A stretch of 32,009 nt of DNA from Candidatus Saccharimonadota bacterium (GTDB lineage Bacteria; Patescibacteriota; Saccharimonadia; Saccharimonadales; Saccharimonadaceae): NCBI GenBank assembly GCA_013333375.2, contig JABCOY020000037.1, positions 1 to 32,009 of the forward strand. The letters are read 5' to 3'. Each line of letters begins with the position of its first letter. Position 1 is the stretch's first letter. The notes below the pieces were generated by a model, which made no database searches, was not told the origin of the DNA, and saw only the letters and a list, made by a program, of their open reading frames with translations. Positions 17,737-27,228 of the stretch are shown piece by piece. A program made the translations under genes and the position numbers.

Positions 17737-18390
17737 ATGACAAAAATTTTATTAGTTGAAGACGACCAAAGCTTACGCGAGATTTACGGAATTAGATTAA
17801 CGGCGGAAGGTTATGAAATTGCCTCCGCGGGTGACGGCGAAGCAGCTCTTGCCCTAGCAGTAAAAGAACGCCCAGACTTAATTATTTCTGATGTGATGAT
17901 GCCAAAGATTTCTGGCTTTGACATGCTCGATATTTTGCGTTCGACGCCAGAAACCGCCAATATTAAGGTAATTATGATGACCGCACTTTCAGCGGATGAT
18001 CAAAAAGCCCGTGGTGAATCGCTTGGGGCGGACCGTTTCCTCGTAAAATCGCAAGTAGGAATTGAAGATGTAGTGAATGCTGTTCATGAAGTCTTAAATG
18101 ACACAAACGGCGCACCGACTACTACAGCAACCGCTCCAACTACAGATAATATGATGACACAATTTATGGCCACCCCAGCTCAATCCCCAGTCCAGCCAGT
18201 CACACAAGCGCAACCAGCAATGCCAACTGCACAAGTACAGCCAGTAGCACAAGCACAACCCGTAGTGTCAGCACCATCCGTTTCGCCAACACAGCCTATC
18301 CCACAAACACAACCCGTCATGCCAACACAACCTGTCGCTCCAGCGCAACCACCAATTAATAACCCTAACCCATTTTTAGGTAATGTATAG
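17737..18390 (+). CDS. Response regulator: receiver domain plus Pro/Gln-rich tail, no DNA-binding domain
   Basis: ILLVEDD, phospho-acceptor SDVMMP, MTAL, LVK; SD AAGGAG; ~95-aa P/Q/T/A tail. Confidence 0.93.
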   Translation: MTKILLVEDDQSLREIYGIRLTAEGYEIASAGDGEAALALAVKERPDLIISDVMMPKISGFDMLDILRSTPETANIKVIMMTALSADDQKARGESLGADRFLVKSQVGIEDVVNAVHEVLNDTNGAPTTTATAPTTDNMMTQFMATPAQSPVQPVTQAQPAMPTAQVQPVAQAQPVVSAPSVSPTQPIPQTQPVMPTQPVAPAQPPINNPNPFLGNV

Positions 18391-19066
18391 ATTAAATAAA
18401 TTTTTAGCCGAACAAACTGGCGTTTCGCGCCGCGAAGCCGATAACCTCATCGCAGATGGTCGCGTAAAAATCAACCAGGAAGTTGCCATTTTAGGCCGTC
18501 GATTCGATGAAACGCGCGATGAGGTCTTTTTGGACGGTCAAAAAATTGAAGAGCGTAAAGGTTTTACTTATCTAATCCTAAATAAGCCCGTGGGATATGT
18601 TTGCTCCAAGAAACGCCAGGGTGAGACGCCGACCCTTTTTGAACTTTTGCCCGAAAAATATCAGGGCTTGAAGACTGTGGGAAGGCTTGATAAGGACAGT
18701 TCTGGATTAATTTTATTAACCAACGATGGCGATTTTGCTTTCTCGATGACGCACCCGAAATTTTTTAAGATTAAGAGCTACATCGTGAGATTAAATCGCC
18801 CACTCGCACCGCTACACCAACAAATGATTTCCGATATGGGAATTGATTTGCCGGATGGTAAGAGTAAATTATTCCTCAAAAAAGAAGAATCCGACCCGAG
18901 TGGTTGCACATTCTTAGTAGAAATGAGCGAAGGCAGAAATCGTCAAATTCGTCGCACTTTCCTGGCGGTAGGATACAAAGTAGTGGAGCTACATCGCATT
19001 GAATTTGGAAGATATACTCTAGAAAACTTAAAAACTGGTGAATTTAAAGAGGTGGAGAAAAGATGA
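18383..19066 (+). CDS. rRNA pseudouridine synthase, RsuA/RluB family
   Basis: S4 domain RLNKFLA..GVSRREAD, LNKPVGY, catalytic GRLDKDSSGL, EGRNRQIRR. Confidence 0.95.
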   Translation: MYRLNKFLAEQTGVSRREADNLIADGRVKINQEVAILGRRFDETRDEVFLDGQKIEERKGFTYLILNKPVGYVCSKKRQGETPTLFELLPEKYQGLKTVGRLDKDSSGLILLTNDGDFAFSMTHPKFFKIKSYIVRLNRPLAPLHQQMISDMGIDLPDGKSKLFLKKEESDPSGCTFLVEMSEGRNRQIRRTFLAVGYKVVELHRIEFGRYTLENLKTGEFKEVEKR

Positions 19067-19938
19067 AAGTATTAATTATTGGTAAAAATATTAAAAACGT
19101 TTATCTTTCTCTGGATGCGAAAAATTTCGAACTGGATAAAAACCAGAATGCGCACCTTGATCTGACTTATGATGGTAGCGAAAAATACTATAACGATCGC
19201 TTCAGTATCATGACCGGACAGAAGCTGGCCGATGAGGTAATTTCGAATTTTCGTATCGAGACGGAAACGGCTTTTAGCCCGGAAAATCCCGAAACCTGTG
19301 ACGATTTTCAATATATTTTACTTTCGAAAAATAACTATATTAATTTGGCGCCAGAATTTATTAAACAATGTGACTTTAATGGCAAAATTTTAGAAAAACG
19401 CATGGCCAAATTCGACTACATTTATATCGATTGGTCGGCGGAATTAAATAATGTGCAAATTAAGGCGATTTTGGATTATCTCGAGACGCATCCAAAGACT
19501 AGGCTAGCTTGGTGTTTTGACCGCTCGGAGCTGCCAAAATTATTGAATGCGCCAGATTTGACGAAAACAAATTTGACGACTTTTTATCGCCTTTTACAGC
19601 GAGCAGAAATCGTATTCGTGATGGGCAAAAAATCGCAAATGATGCGAGTGAAACAAATTTTAAGTACGCTTTCGACTTTGAAGCTAATTTATATAGCAGA
19701 AAACCAAATCCTAGCTGGCGTGTTCAAGGAAGATTTTCGAAATAAGGACCTGAAAGTGACACGCGACGTCGCCGCGACGATTATTGCAGGCACAATTTTC
19801 TCAGCCCTAGTAACCGATTGGAATCTGCAACGTGCTCTGATGCTTGCGAAAATTAATGTCGAAAATTCAAAGGCCAACAAGACTCTGAAGATCAATCAAT
19901 TATCCGATAAGCTGCGCGAAGCCTTAGCGATCAGATGA
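19063..19938 (+). CDS. Hypothetical protein, possibly a degenerate PfkB/ribokinase fold
   Basis: ATGA overlap with the upstream gene. N-terminal KVLIIG strand and C-terminal IIAGTIFSALVTDWNLQRALMLAKIN resemble the PfkB termini, but GAGD is absent. Confidence 0.55.
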   Translation: MKVLIIGKNIKNVYLSLDAKNFELDKNQNAHLDLTYDGSEKYYNDRFSIMTGQKLADEVISNFRIETETAFSPENPETCDDFQYILLSKNNYINLAPEFIKQCDFNGKILEKRMAKFDYIYIDWSAELNNVQIKAILDYLETHPKTRLAWCFDRSELPKLLNAPDLTKTNLTTFYRLLQRAEIVFVMGKKSQMMRVKQILSTLSTLKLIYIAENQILAGVFKEDFRNKDLKVTRDVAATIIAGTIFSALVTDWNLQRALMLAKINVENSKANKTLKINQLSDKLREALAIR

Positions 19939-19993
19939 ATTACGGAAGCTCTAATTATTAGACAAACTATGTGAAGCCTTGGCCATTAGATAA
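19906..19993 (+). repeat. Diverged direct duplication of the last 11 codons of the 19063-19938 gene
   Basis: 19906-19938 encodes DKLREALAIR* and 19961-19993 encodes DKLCEALAIR*; 24/33 nt identical. Confidence 0.8.
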
Positions 19994-20024
19994 AATAACC
20001 TACTGAATAAGCTCCGATTGTTAG

Positions 20025-20053
20025 AAAAATCCCTAGTCTGACTAGGGATTTTT
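20025..20053. terminator. Bidirectional terminator between convergent operons
   Basis: AAAAATCCCTAGT-CTG-ACTAGGGATTTTT, a perfect 13-bp stem. Confidence 0.88.
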
Positions 20054-20085
20054 TAGTGCCGCAATAATTAGGCTAAACACGGTTT

Positions 20086-23049
20086 CTACTTGAGAAACTC
20101 GCGGAGATAAACACCGGTAGGGGTTTGATCATTTTTGGCGATTTCTTCTGGTGTACCTTCGGCGATAATTTGACCACCATGTTGCCCACCTTCCGGACCC
20201 ATATCAATAATCCAATCGGCACTTTTAATCACATGTAAATTATGTTCGATAATAACCATGGTATTACCGCCGGCAACCAAGCGATCTAGGATTTTCAAGA
20301 GGCGATTCACGTCATCGGTATGCAGACCAGTGGTTGGCTCATCCAAAATATAAAGAGTTTTGCCGGTCGAACGACGAGAAAGTTCGGTAGCAATTTTAAT
20401 ACGTTGCGCTTCACCACCCGAGAAAGTAGTGGCAGACTGGCCGAGACGAATATAGCCGAGACCGACTTCCTGAATCGTCTTCAACTTATTAGCAATGGCA
20501 GGAATATTTTCGAAGAACTCCACCGCCTCGTCGATAGTCATATTTAAGACATCCGAAATATCCTTACCTTTGTATTTGACCTCGAGCGCTTCACGGTTAT
20601 AGCGTTTACCATGACAGGTCGGACAAGTGACGTAAACATCTGGCAGGAAGTGCATTTCAATCTTATTCACACCGTCACCCTGACAGGTTTCACAGCGACC
20701 ACCCTTAACATTAAAGGAGAAACGACCGGCCTTATAACCACGAATCTCTGCTTCTGGTTGAGCGGCAAAAAGTTCACGGATGGCGGTAAAGACACCTGTA
20801 TAGGTGGCTGGGTTCGAGCGTGGTGTACGACCGATTGGACTCTGGTCGATTACAATACATTTATCGAGATTCTCAATGCCGTCAATACGATCATGTTCAC
20901 CAGCCACGGTTTGAGCACGATGAAGACGGGCAAGCAATTCGTTAGCCAGAATTTCATTGACTAGAGTAGATTTACCAGAACCCGAGACGCCAGAAACTAC
21001 CGTCATTACGCCTAGGGGGAATTTAACCGTGAGATTTTTTAGGTTATTTTCCCTGGCGCCGACCACGGTGAGATATTGATTGAGTTTTGGCTTGCGACGG
21101 GTTTTCGGCACAGGAATTTTCTTGGTACCAGAGAGATATTTACCGGTGAGGGATTCAGGGTCATTCGCAATTTCCTCTGGCGTGCCAGCGGAAATCACCT
21201 GGCCGCCGTGCGCACCAGCCCCAGGACCAATATCAACCAAATAGTCTGCACTCATCATGGTATCTTCATCATGCTCGACGACTAGCACGGTGTTTCTAAG
21301 ATCACGAAGATGCCTTAAGGTTGCGATTAATTTATCGTTATCGCGTTGATGCAGACCAATGGATGGCTCATCCAGCACATAAAGCACACCCTGGAGACCA
21401 GAGCCGATTTGGGTGGCGAGGCGAATACGTTGAGCCTCCCCACCAGAGAGAGTATTGGCGGCACGGCTGAGCTCAAGATAACCTAGACCAACGTCCTGCA
21501 TAAACTTAACGCGCTCGCGAATTACTTTGAGAATCGGACGCGCAATTAAGGCCTCCGCCTCGGTAAATTCAAGATCCTGCGATAAAACATCCAGCATCGC
21601 GTCGACATCGAGATTACAAAAATCATTAATATTCAGACCGTGAATAGTGACCGCAAGCACGACGGGTTTTAACCTAGCTCCGTGACAGGTCTGACATTCA
21701 TGCACGCGCATAAATCGCTCGATGTCTTTGCGCATAAAATCTGAGTCGGTTTCCTTGTGGCGACGTTCAAGAGTCGGAATCACGCCTTCGTAGATTGACT
21801 CGTAGGTCGCACCATCCTTAAACTTGCCGGAGCCAGAAATTTTGACTTCGTATTTTTCGTTACCAGTGCCATAAAGGATTAAATGTTTTTGCTCTTCCGT
21901 CAGCTCACGAATTGGCACATGAATCGAAAAACCATAGCGTGCAGCCACCGCCGAAAGACGCTTGAGCCACCAGGAATCACTTTGCACGCGATTAAACGGA
22001 CGAATACCACCTTCGGCAATAGTAAGATTTTGATTGAATACGAGATTCGGATCAATTTCCATGCGTGTACCAAGACCTGTGCAAGTTGGACAGGCGCCTT
22101 GAGGGGCATTGAAAGAAAATAGACGTGGCTCGAGCTCTGGAATCAATTCATCTGGGTGAACTGGACAGGCGTAACGCTGGGAATAAGTAAGAACTTCAGT
22201 ATTAGATTTACCGAGATTCTTCCCTTCGATGGTGGAAGAATTGTCATTAATCTTAAGTAGCATGATCAAGCCCTGGCCAAGCTCGAGAGCCTGCTCAATG
22301 GAGCTAGAAATGCGGGAATAAAGTTCTGGGTTCAAAATGAAGCGATCGACTACTAGTTCGATATCGTGACGTTCCTGTTTTTCAAGAGTCGGGAATTCAT
22401 CCAAGGCATAAACCACACCATCCACGCGCACGCGAGAGAAACCCTTTTGGAGGTATTGTTCGGAGATGTGGAGAAATTCACCTTTTTTCTGTTGCACGAT
22501 TGGCGCAAGTAGCATCAATTTCGAACCAATCGGAAGCTTCATGACTTCATTGACGATATCTTCCACGGAACGTTTAGATACTTCGCGGTGACAAATCGGA
22601 CAATGCGGCACACCGACACGCGCAAAAAGTAGACGCAAGTAATCATAAACTTCCGTAACCGTAGCGACAGTAGAACGAGGGTTTCTAGAGGTAGATTTTT
22701 GGTCGATAGAAATGGCTGGTGAAAGCCCAGTGATCGTATCAAAGTCCGGCTTATCCATCACGCCGAGAAACATACGCGCATAAGAGGAAAGTGACTCAAC
22801 ATAACGACGCTGACCTTCAGCGTAAATCGTATCGAAGGCGAGGCTGGATTTACCAGAACCAGAAAGCCCAGTAATCACCACCAGCTTGTCACGCGGAATA
22901 TCGAGATCGATATTTTTGAGATTATTCTGCCTAGCACCACGAATCTTGATGTAATTGTCTGGATTATCTTTCAGAAGTGCCTTACCGCCCGGAGAGAGTA
23001 GACCCTTATTTTTTGTTAGTTCTTCCACGTTTTTAGTCCCATTTTCCAT
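20086..23049 (-). CDS. uvrA: Excinuclease ABC subunit UvrA
   Basis: [10 protein letters not shown], two Walker A motifs ([18 protein letters not shown]), [12 protein letters not shown], zinc-finger CxxC pairs, LDEPSIGLH and LDEPTTGLH. Confidence 0.98.
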   Translation of the reverse strand: MENGTKNVEELTKNKGLLSPGGKALLKDNPDNYIKIRGARQNNLKNIDLDIPRDKLVVITGLSGSGKSSLAFDTIYAEGQRRYVESLSSYARMFLGVMDKPDFDTITGLSPAISIDQKSTSRNPRSTVATVTEVYDYLRLLFARVGVPHCPICHREVSKRSVEDIVNEVMKLPIGSKLMLLAPIVQQKKGEFLHISEQYLQKGFSRVRVDGVVYALDEFPTLEKQERHDIELVVDRFILNPELYSRISSSIEQALELGQGLIMLLKINDNSSTIEGKNLGKSNTEVLTYSQRYACPVHPDELIPELEPRLFSFNAPQGACPTCTGLGTRMEIDPNLVFNQNLTIAEGGIRPFNRVQSDSWWLKRLSAVAARYGFSIHVPIRELTEEQKHLILYGTGNEKYEVKISGSGKFKDGATYESIYEGVIPTLERRHKETDSDFMRKDIERFMRVHECQTCHGARLKPVVLAVTIHGLNINDFCNLDVDAMLDVLSQDLEFTEAEALIARPILKVIRERVKFMQDVGLGYLELSRAANTLSGGEAQRIRLATQIGSGLQGVLYVLDEPSIGLHQRDNDKLIATLRHLRDLRNTVLVVEHDEDTMMSADYLVDIGPGAGAHGGQVISAGTPEEIANDPESLTGKYLSGTKKIPVPKTRRKPKLNQYLTVVGARENNLKNLTVKFPLGVMTVVSGVSGSGKSTLVNEILANELLARLHRAQTVAGEHDRIDGIENLDKCIVIDQSPIGRTPRSNPATYTGVFTAIRELFAAQPEAEIRGYKAGRFSFNVKGGRCETCQGDGVNKIEMHFLPDVYVTCPTCHGKRYNREALEVKYKGKDISDVLNMTIDEAVEFFENIPAIANKLKTIQEVGLGYIRLGQSATTFSGGEAQRIKIATELSRRSTGKTLYILDEPTTGLHTDDVNRLLKILDRLVAGGNTMVIIEHNLHVIKSADWIIDMGPEGGQHGGQIIAEGTPEEIAKNDQTPTGVYLREFLK

Positions 23050-23107
23050 ACTTAAATCAATCAGGTATTATAACAAAAAATTAGCGTTTTGTCGAGATGC
23101 TAGGGGT

Positions 23108-24889
23108 TTACGATCTAAGTGTGAAATAGCCTGGAGCTAGATGGCGGTCAATGCGCAGAGCCTCGAGACCAACATTATTAGGTGTAGCAGAAGTCCAACC
23201 ATTATTACCAACCAAATTTACACGATTGGCAAATATTAACACATTCCTAGGTGCACTAATACCGGCAGCAATGGCTCGAGAAGTATCCCAATCACCTGAG
23301 GTATATATTCTAGTCAGTCTATTATCTGTAGTAAAACTTGCGAACATATAACCGAAATTTTCCACTTTTGGCGTAGCGAATGAGCTTAAATCTAGCTCTG
23401 TTAAGTTATCATCCATTGAAAACATACTAGACATGTCGGTAACGTTTGCTGTATTAAAATTGGAGAGATTGATAGTTTTTAGTGCTGTCATTTGATAGAA
23501 CATTGACCCCATATTTGTCACCTTGTCGGTTCTAAAATGACTAAGGTCTAGATGTTCAATTTTTCGCAACAGCGAGAACATACCAGACATATTTTCGACA
23601 TTCTCAGTATTGAAGCTACTAATATTTAGGGACGCTAGGTTAGTCATACCATTAAACATAGAGCGCATATCTGTTGTTTTCGAGGTATTAAAATTGGAGA
23701 GATTCAGAGTGGTGAGATTAGACATACCATAAAACATACCACCCATAATCGTCACTTGTGAAGTATTGAAGTTAGAGAGATTAAGGGTAGTAAGATTAGA
23801 TATACCATAAAACATAGACCCCATATTCGTCACCTTAGAGGTATCAAAATTGGAAAGATTAAGAGTGGTAAGGTTAGTCATGTTAAAAAACATGCCGCCC
23901 ATATTCGTCACATTAGAGGTATTAAAGTTGGAAAGATTAAGGGTAGTGAGATTACGCATACCATTAAACATATGGCTCATATTCGTCACCCTCGAGGTAT
24001 CGAACTTAGAGAGATCTAGTTCTAAAATATTTTTTATTTTTTGCTCACTATCCCCTGAAAAGAACATCATGCTACTATTAGTATTTAAATAAACCTTCTC
24101 TGGTTCAGCATGATAATAGGCTGTCTTATCTGTCGGATCTAGCCAGAGTTTGATCCTATAATCAGAGTCCTCATCTTGAATATCTACCGTATTCATATAA
24201 ACTACTGGCGCAAGTGCACTCTTTTTAAAATGTTCAATTTTATTTGTGGCAGTCTCGAGAGATTTTAGTTTTGCATTAAAATCCGTTCCCTCCGTCATGA
24301 GGGCGCGCATTTGGTAAGGGTTGGAGACAAAAGAAAGGACCAATTTATTCTGATAATTCCCTGACTCTAGATTATCGGCCAGTTTCATACCAATACTAAG
24401 TTGATTCAATTCATTACCATTAGTCTTCCCTGTAGTTTGAAGAATTTGCGCTGGTGTAGACAAAGCTGGAATCGGTGCGTAATTCATAGACGTTCCGAAT
24501 TTATAGCCCCAAGAATTATTTGGCAGATCATTAAGTTCTACACTGGAACTAATTGAGCTGATTTTAGCGCCAGTTGACGAAGCACTATTGCTTAGAGAAG
24601 TGTTGTTAGTTTCAGCACTAATAGTGGCAGTGTAGCCAGTACGATTATTAGTATTTACTGTAAAGTTCAACGGAAGTTCAGTGGTTTGCGTGGAGGAATT
24701 TATTACCTGGTTGCCGTTCACCTGCAAATTAGCCTGATCTACGGAAGCAGAAAGGGTCGGCACGAAGAGAGCTGAAACTTCATCGGCATTAAAACTTAAA
24801 CCAAGAAAAGAGGCACAAAAACCAGCACCTACTACGAAAATATTTTTCCACAAATATAATTTAAAAGAATGTGATTTTTGGCCTTGCAT
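23108..24889 (-). CDS. BspA/DUF285-type LRR surface protein 4
   Basis: Signal peptide, shared N-domain, nine 26-aa repeats, C-terminal LRID...PGYFT. Confidence 0.9.
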   Translation of the reverse strand: MQGQKSHSFKLYLWKNIFVVGAGFCASFLGLSFNADEVSALFVPTLSASVDQANLQVNGNQVINSSTQTTELPLNFTVNTNNRTGYTATISAETNNTSLSNSASSTGAKISSISSSVELNDLPNNSWGYKFGTSMNYAPIPALSTPAQILQTTGKTNGNELNQLSIGMKLADNLESGNYQNKLVLSFVSNPYQMRALMTEGTDFNAKLKSLETATNKIEHFKKSALAPVVYMNTVDIQDEDSDYRIKLWLDPTDKTAYYHAEPEKVYLNTNSSMMFFSGDSEQKIKNILELDLSKFDTSRVTNMSHMFNGMRNLTTLNLSNFNTSNVTNMGGMFFNMTNLTTLNLSNFDTSKVTNMGSMFYGISNLTTLNLSNFNTSQVTIMGGMFYGMSNLTTLNLSNFNTSKTTDMRSMFNGMTNLASLNISSFNTENVENMSGMFSLLRKIEHLDLSHFRTDKVTNMGSMFYQMTALKTINLSNFNTANVTDMSSMFSMDDNLTELDLSSFATPKVENFGYMFASFTTDNRLTRIYTSGDWDTSRAIAAGISAPRNVLIFANRVNLVGNNGWTSATPNNVGLEALRIDRHLAPGYFTLRS

Positions 24890-24927
24890 ATATATCTATT
24901 TTACCATAAACATAATGAGTAACAGTC

Positions 24928-24955
24928 AAAAAATGCCCCCTCCTTTCGGAGAAGG
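24928..24955 (-). terminator. Intrinsic terminator of the small membrane-protein gene
   Basis: Minus-strand RNA CCUUCUCC-GAAA-GGAGGGGG followed by CAUUUUUU. Confidence 0.78.
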
Positions 24956-24971
24956 TAGGTGAAAAAAATAA

Positions 24972-25178
24972 TTAGTCGTTACAAAAATACATCGCGCAAC
25001 CAATGAAGATTGCAAGCACACCAGCCACGAAAAAAGCGATAAATGCTGGATAATCTCTTGCGTGGGGAGATGCAGTAATTAGGTAATATGATGATGAATA
25101 TATAACCATGGCTGCTGAAAGTAATATTGAAAATGATATTACAGTTTTCTTGATTTTGCTTCTAAGTTCATTCCCCAT
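24972..25178 (-). CDS. Small two-helix membrane protein (68 aa)
   Basis: AGGAGG SD before ATG 25178 (MGNELRSKIKK...); two hydrophobic stretches; own promoter and terminator. Confidence 0.75.
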   Translation of the reverse strand: MGNELRSKIKKTVISFSILLSAAMVIYSSSYYLITASPHARDYPAFIAFFVAGVLAIFIGCAMYFCND

Positions 25179-25286
25179 AATTAATTTCCTCCTATTCTTA
25201 TGGCAAAAGTAAACTTGTAGCAAATTGGAAAATATTTTTCACCAATTTTGCAAGTTGCATCAAAAGAGTTAACTAGTGACTTTTTT

Positions 25287-25315
25287 ATAATATCATCTTT
25301 AATATATTTTGTCAA
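25287..25315 (-). promoter_or_regulatory. Sigma70 promoter of the small membrane-protein gene
   Basis: Minus strand TTGACA (25315-25310), 17-bp spacer ending in TGA, TATTAT (25292-25287). Confidence 0.75.
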
Positions 25316-25390
25316 ATTTTGTAATAGCCCAGGGAGATTTAGATAAAATGCAATACAAAAGATGCGGGTATAGGGTTTTACGCGGATTAC

Positions 25391-27175
25391 CTATGGCTTC
25401 CTGGTAAAGTAACCTGGGCGGCCATTGACTGGGTCGTCGATGCGGAGCCAGGTTTTATCGGCGGTGGATGGATTGTTTAGATACGACCCGTTACCTCCGC
25501 GAAGCTTCTTACGATTGTCAAACATTCTAGAATAACTTGTTAGTTTAGATGTATTAAAATCATTGTTCACATATATTTTTTCTAGTTTGTCATTAGATGC
25601 ATCAATATCTGAAAGTGAGAACATACTAGCCATACTTGTCACCTGGGAAGTATTAAAGTTAGAGAGATTTAGACTGATGAGGTTAGGCATGTAGGAGAAC
25701 ATATTAGACATACTTGTCACATTGGAAGTATCAAAGCTGGATAGGTCAAGACTGATGAGATTAGTCATACCAGAAAACATAAAGCTCATACCCGTAACCT
25801 GGGAGGTATTAAAACTTGATAAATTGAGACTGATTAGATTAGATATTCCGATGAACATGTAACTCATATCCGTCACATGGGAGGTATTAAAACTTGATAA
25901 ATTGAGACTGGTAAGACCATACATACCATAGAACATGTAACTCATGTTTGCCACATTGGAAGTATCAAAGCTGGAGAGGTCAAGACTAGTGAGGCTATAC
26001 ATACTGAAGAACATAAATCCCATATTGGTCACATTCGTTGTATTAAAGTTGGAGAGGTTAAGGTTAGTGAGGGCATACATACTGTAAAACATATTACTCA
26101 TATCTACCACCCTTGAAGTGTCGAAACTGGAGAGATTGAATGTAATGAGATTATGCATACCATTAAACATATAAGCCATATCTGTTACTTTAGAAGTGTT
26201 AAAATTGGAAAGATTAAGAGTAGTAATATTATGCATATTGGCAAACATAGAGCGCATATCTGTTACCATAGAAGTATCGAAACTAGATAGATCTATATCT
26301 AAAATGTTTTTTATATTTTCATCACCCATAAATCGAAAAAACATCATACTACTATCCTCATTCAAATAAACCTTCTCGGTTTCAGCATAATAATAGGCTG
26401 TCTTGTCTGTTGGGTCTAACCAAAGTTTAATTTCATAATCAGATTCTTCATCATCGATGGTGACAGTATTCATATAGACAACTGGTGGCATAGGACTTTT
26501 CTTAAAGTGCTCGATTTTATTTGTAGCAGTTTCTAAGGCTTTTAGTTTTGTATTAAAATCAGGACCCTCCGTCATGATGGCGATACGATTATAATTATTG
26601 GTTAGAATTGAAAATATTAGCTTATTTATATATCTACCACTTTCAAGATTGTCACTTAGCTTCATGCCAATACTTAGCTGACTTGATTCATTGCCGTTAG
26701 TCTTTCCAGTAGTCTGTAAGATTTGCACTGGAGTAGACAATGCTGGAATCGGCGCATAGTTTGAAGACGCACCAAACTTATAGCCCCAGGTATTATTAGG
26801 TAAATTATTTAACGATAAATTTGTACTAATTGAATTAATTTTTACACCATTTGCAGAATCGTTATTTACTAGCGCTGTCTCATTAGTCTCTGAATTCAAA
26901 ATTGCCGTATAGCCAGTCTTGTTATTTGTACTTACCGTAAGGTTTAAAGGAATTTCTGTAGTTTTATTCGCGCTGTTTATCACCTGATTTCCATTGACTG
27001 AAGCTGCAGTATTATCCACGGAAGCCGAAAGGGTTGGAAAGAATAAGGCAAAGGTGTTATTACTAAAAACAAAATTAGAAAAAGTAATTAAGGTCAAAAA
27101 GCATCCAAGGAACTTCAATTCACTCTTAAGCAACCCCCAATTAGGTTTACTTAAGTGAATTTTTTGACCGTTCAT
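25391..27175 (-). CDS. BspA/DUF285-type LRR surface protein 5
   Basis: Signal peptide, shared N-domain, nine 26-aa repeats (78-bp DNA period, e.g. an identical block at 25801-25832 and 25879-25910), C-cap GRPGYFTRKP. Confidence 0.9.
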   Translation of the reverse strand: MNGQKIHLSKPNWGLLKSELKFLGCFLTLITFSNFVFSNNTFALFFPTLSASVDNTAASVNGNQVINSANKTTEIPLNLTVSTNNKTGYTAILNSETNETALVNNDSANGVKINSISTNLSLNNLPNNTWGYKFGASSNYAPIPALSTPVQILQTTGKTNGNESSQLSIGMKLSDNLESGRYINKLIFSILTNNYNRIAIMTEGPDFNTKLKALETATNKIEHFKKSPMPPVVYMNTVTIDDEESDYEIKLWLDPTDKTAYYYAETEKVYLNEDSSMMFFRFMGDENIKNILDIDLSSFDTSMVTDMRSMFANMHNITTLNLSNFNTSKVTDMAYMFNGMHNLITFNLSSFDTSRVVDMSNMFYSMYALTNLNLSNFNTTNVTNMGFMFFSMYSLTSLDLSSFDTSNVANMSYMFYGMYGLTSLNLSSFNTSHVTDMSYMFIGISNLISLNLSSFNTSQVTGMSFMFSGMTNLISLDLSSFDTSNVTSMSNMFSYMPNLISLNLSNFNTSQVTSMASMFSLSDIDASNDKLEKIYVNNDFNTSKLTSYSRMFDNRKKLRGGNGSYLNNPSTADKTWLRIDDPVNGRPGYFTRKP

Positions 27176-27228
27176 AGTTTTATTTTAGCATAAACAGTTT
27201 TTCAATGGGAACTAAAATAAAACTAAAC

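Noticed and set aside
23050..23107. SOS/LexA operator upstream of uvrA
   Set aside because: Only a TG-T-TATAAT element is visible; I recognised no palindromic operator.
23095..23115. CGTAAACCCCTAG at the LRR4 stop, resembling an out-of-frame RKP* ending, with loose similarity to the LRR5 3' flank
   Set aside because: Too short and imperfect to distinguish from chance.
6518..24092. Repetitive plus-strand ORFs (6518, 8068, 9898, 23850) with SKLERxRL periodicity
   Set aside because: They are antisense reflections of the 78-bp LRR coding repeats.
23350..26300. 78-bp periodic repeats considered as a CRISPR array or a diversity-generating retroelement
   Set aside because: The repeats are in-frame, degenerate and coding, with no unique spacers, cas genes, reverse transcriptase or non-coding template repeat in the window.
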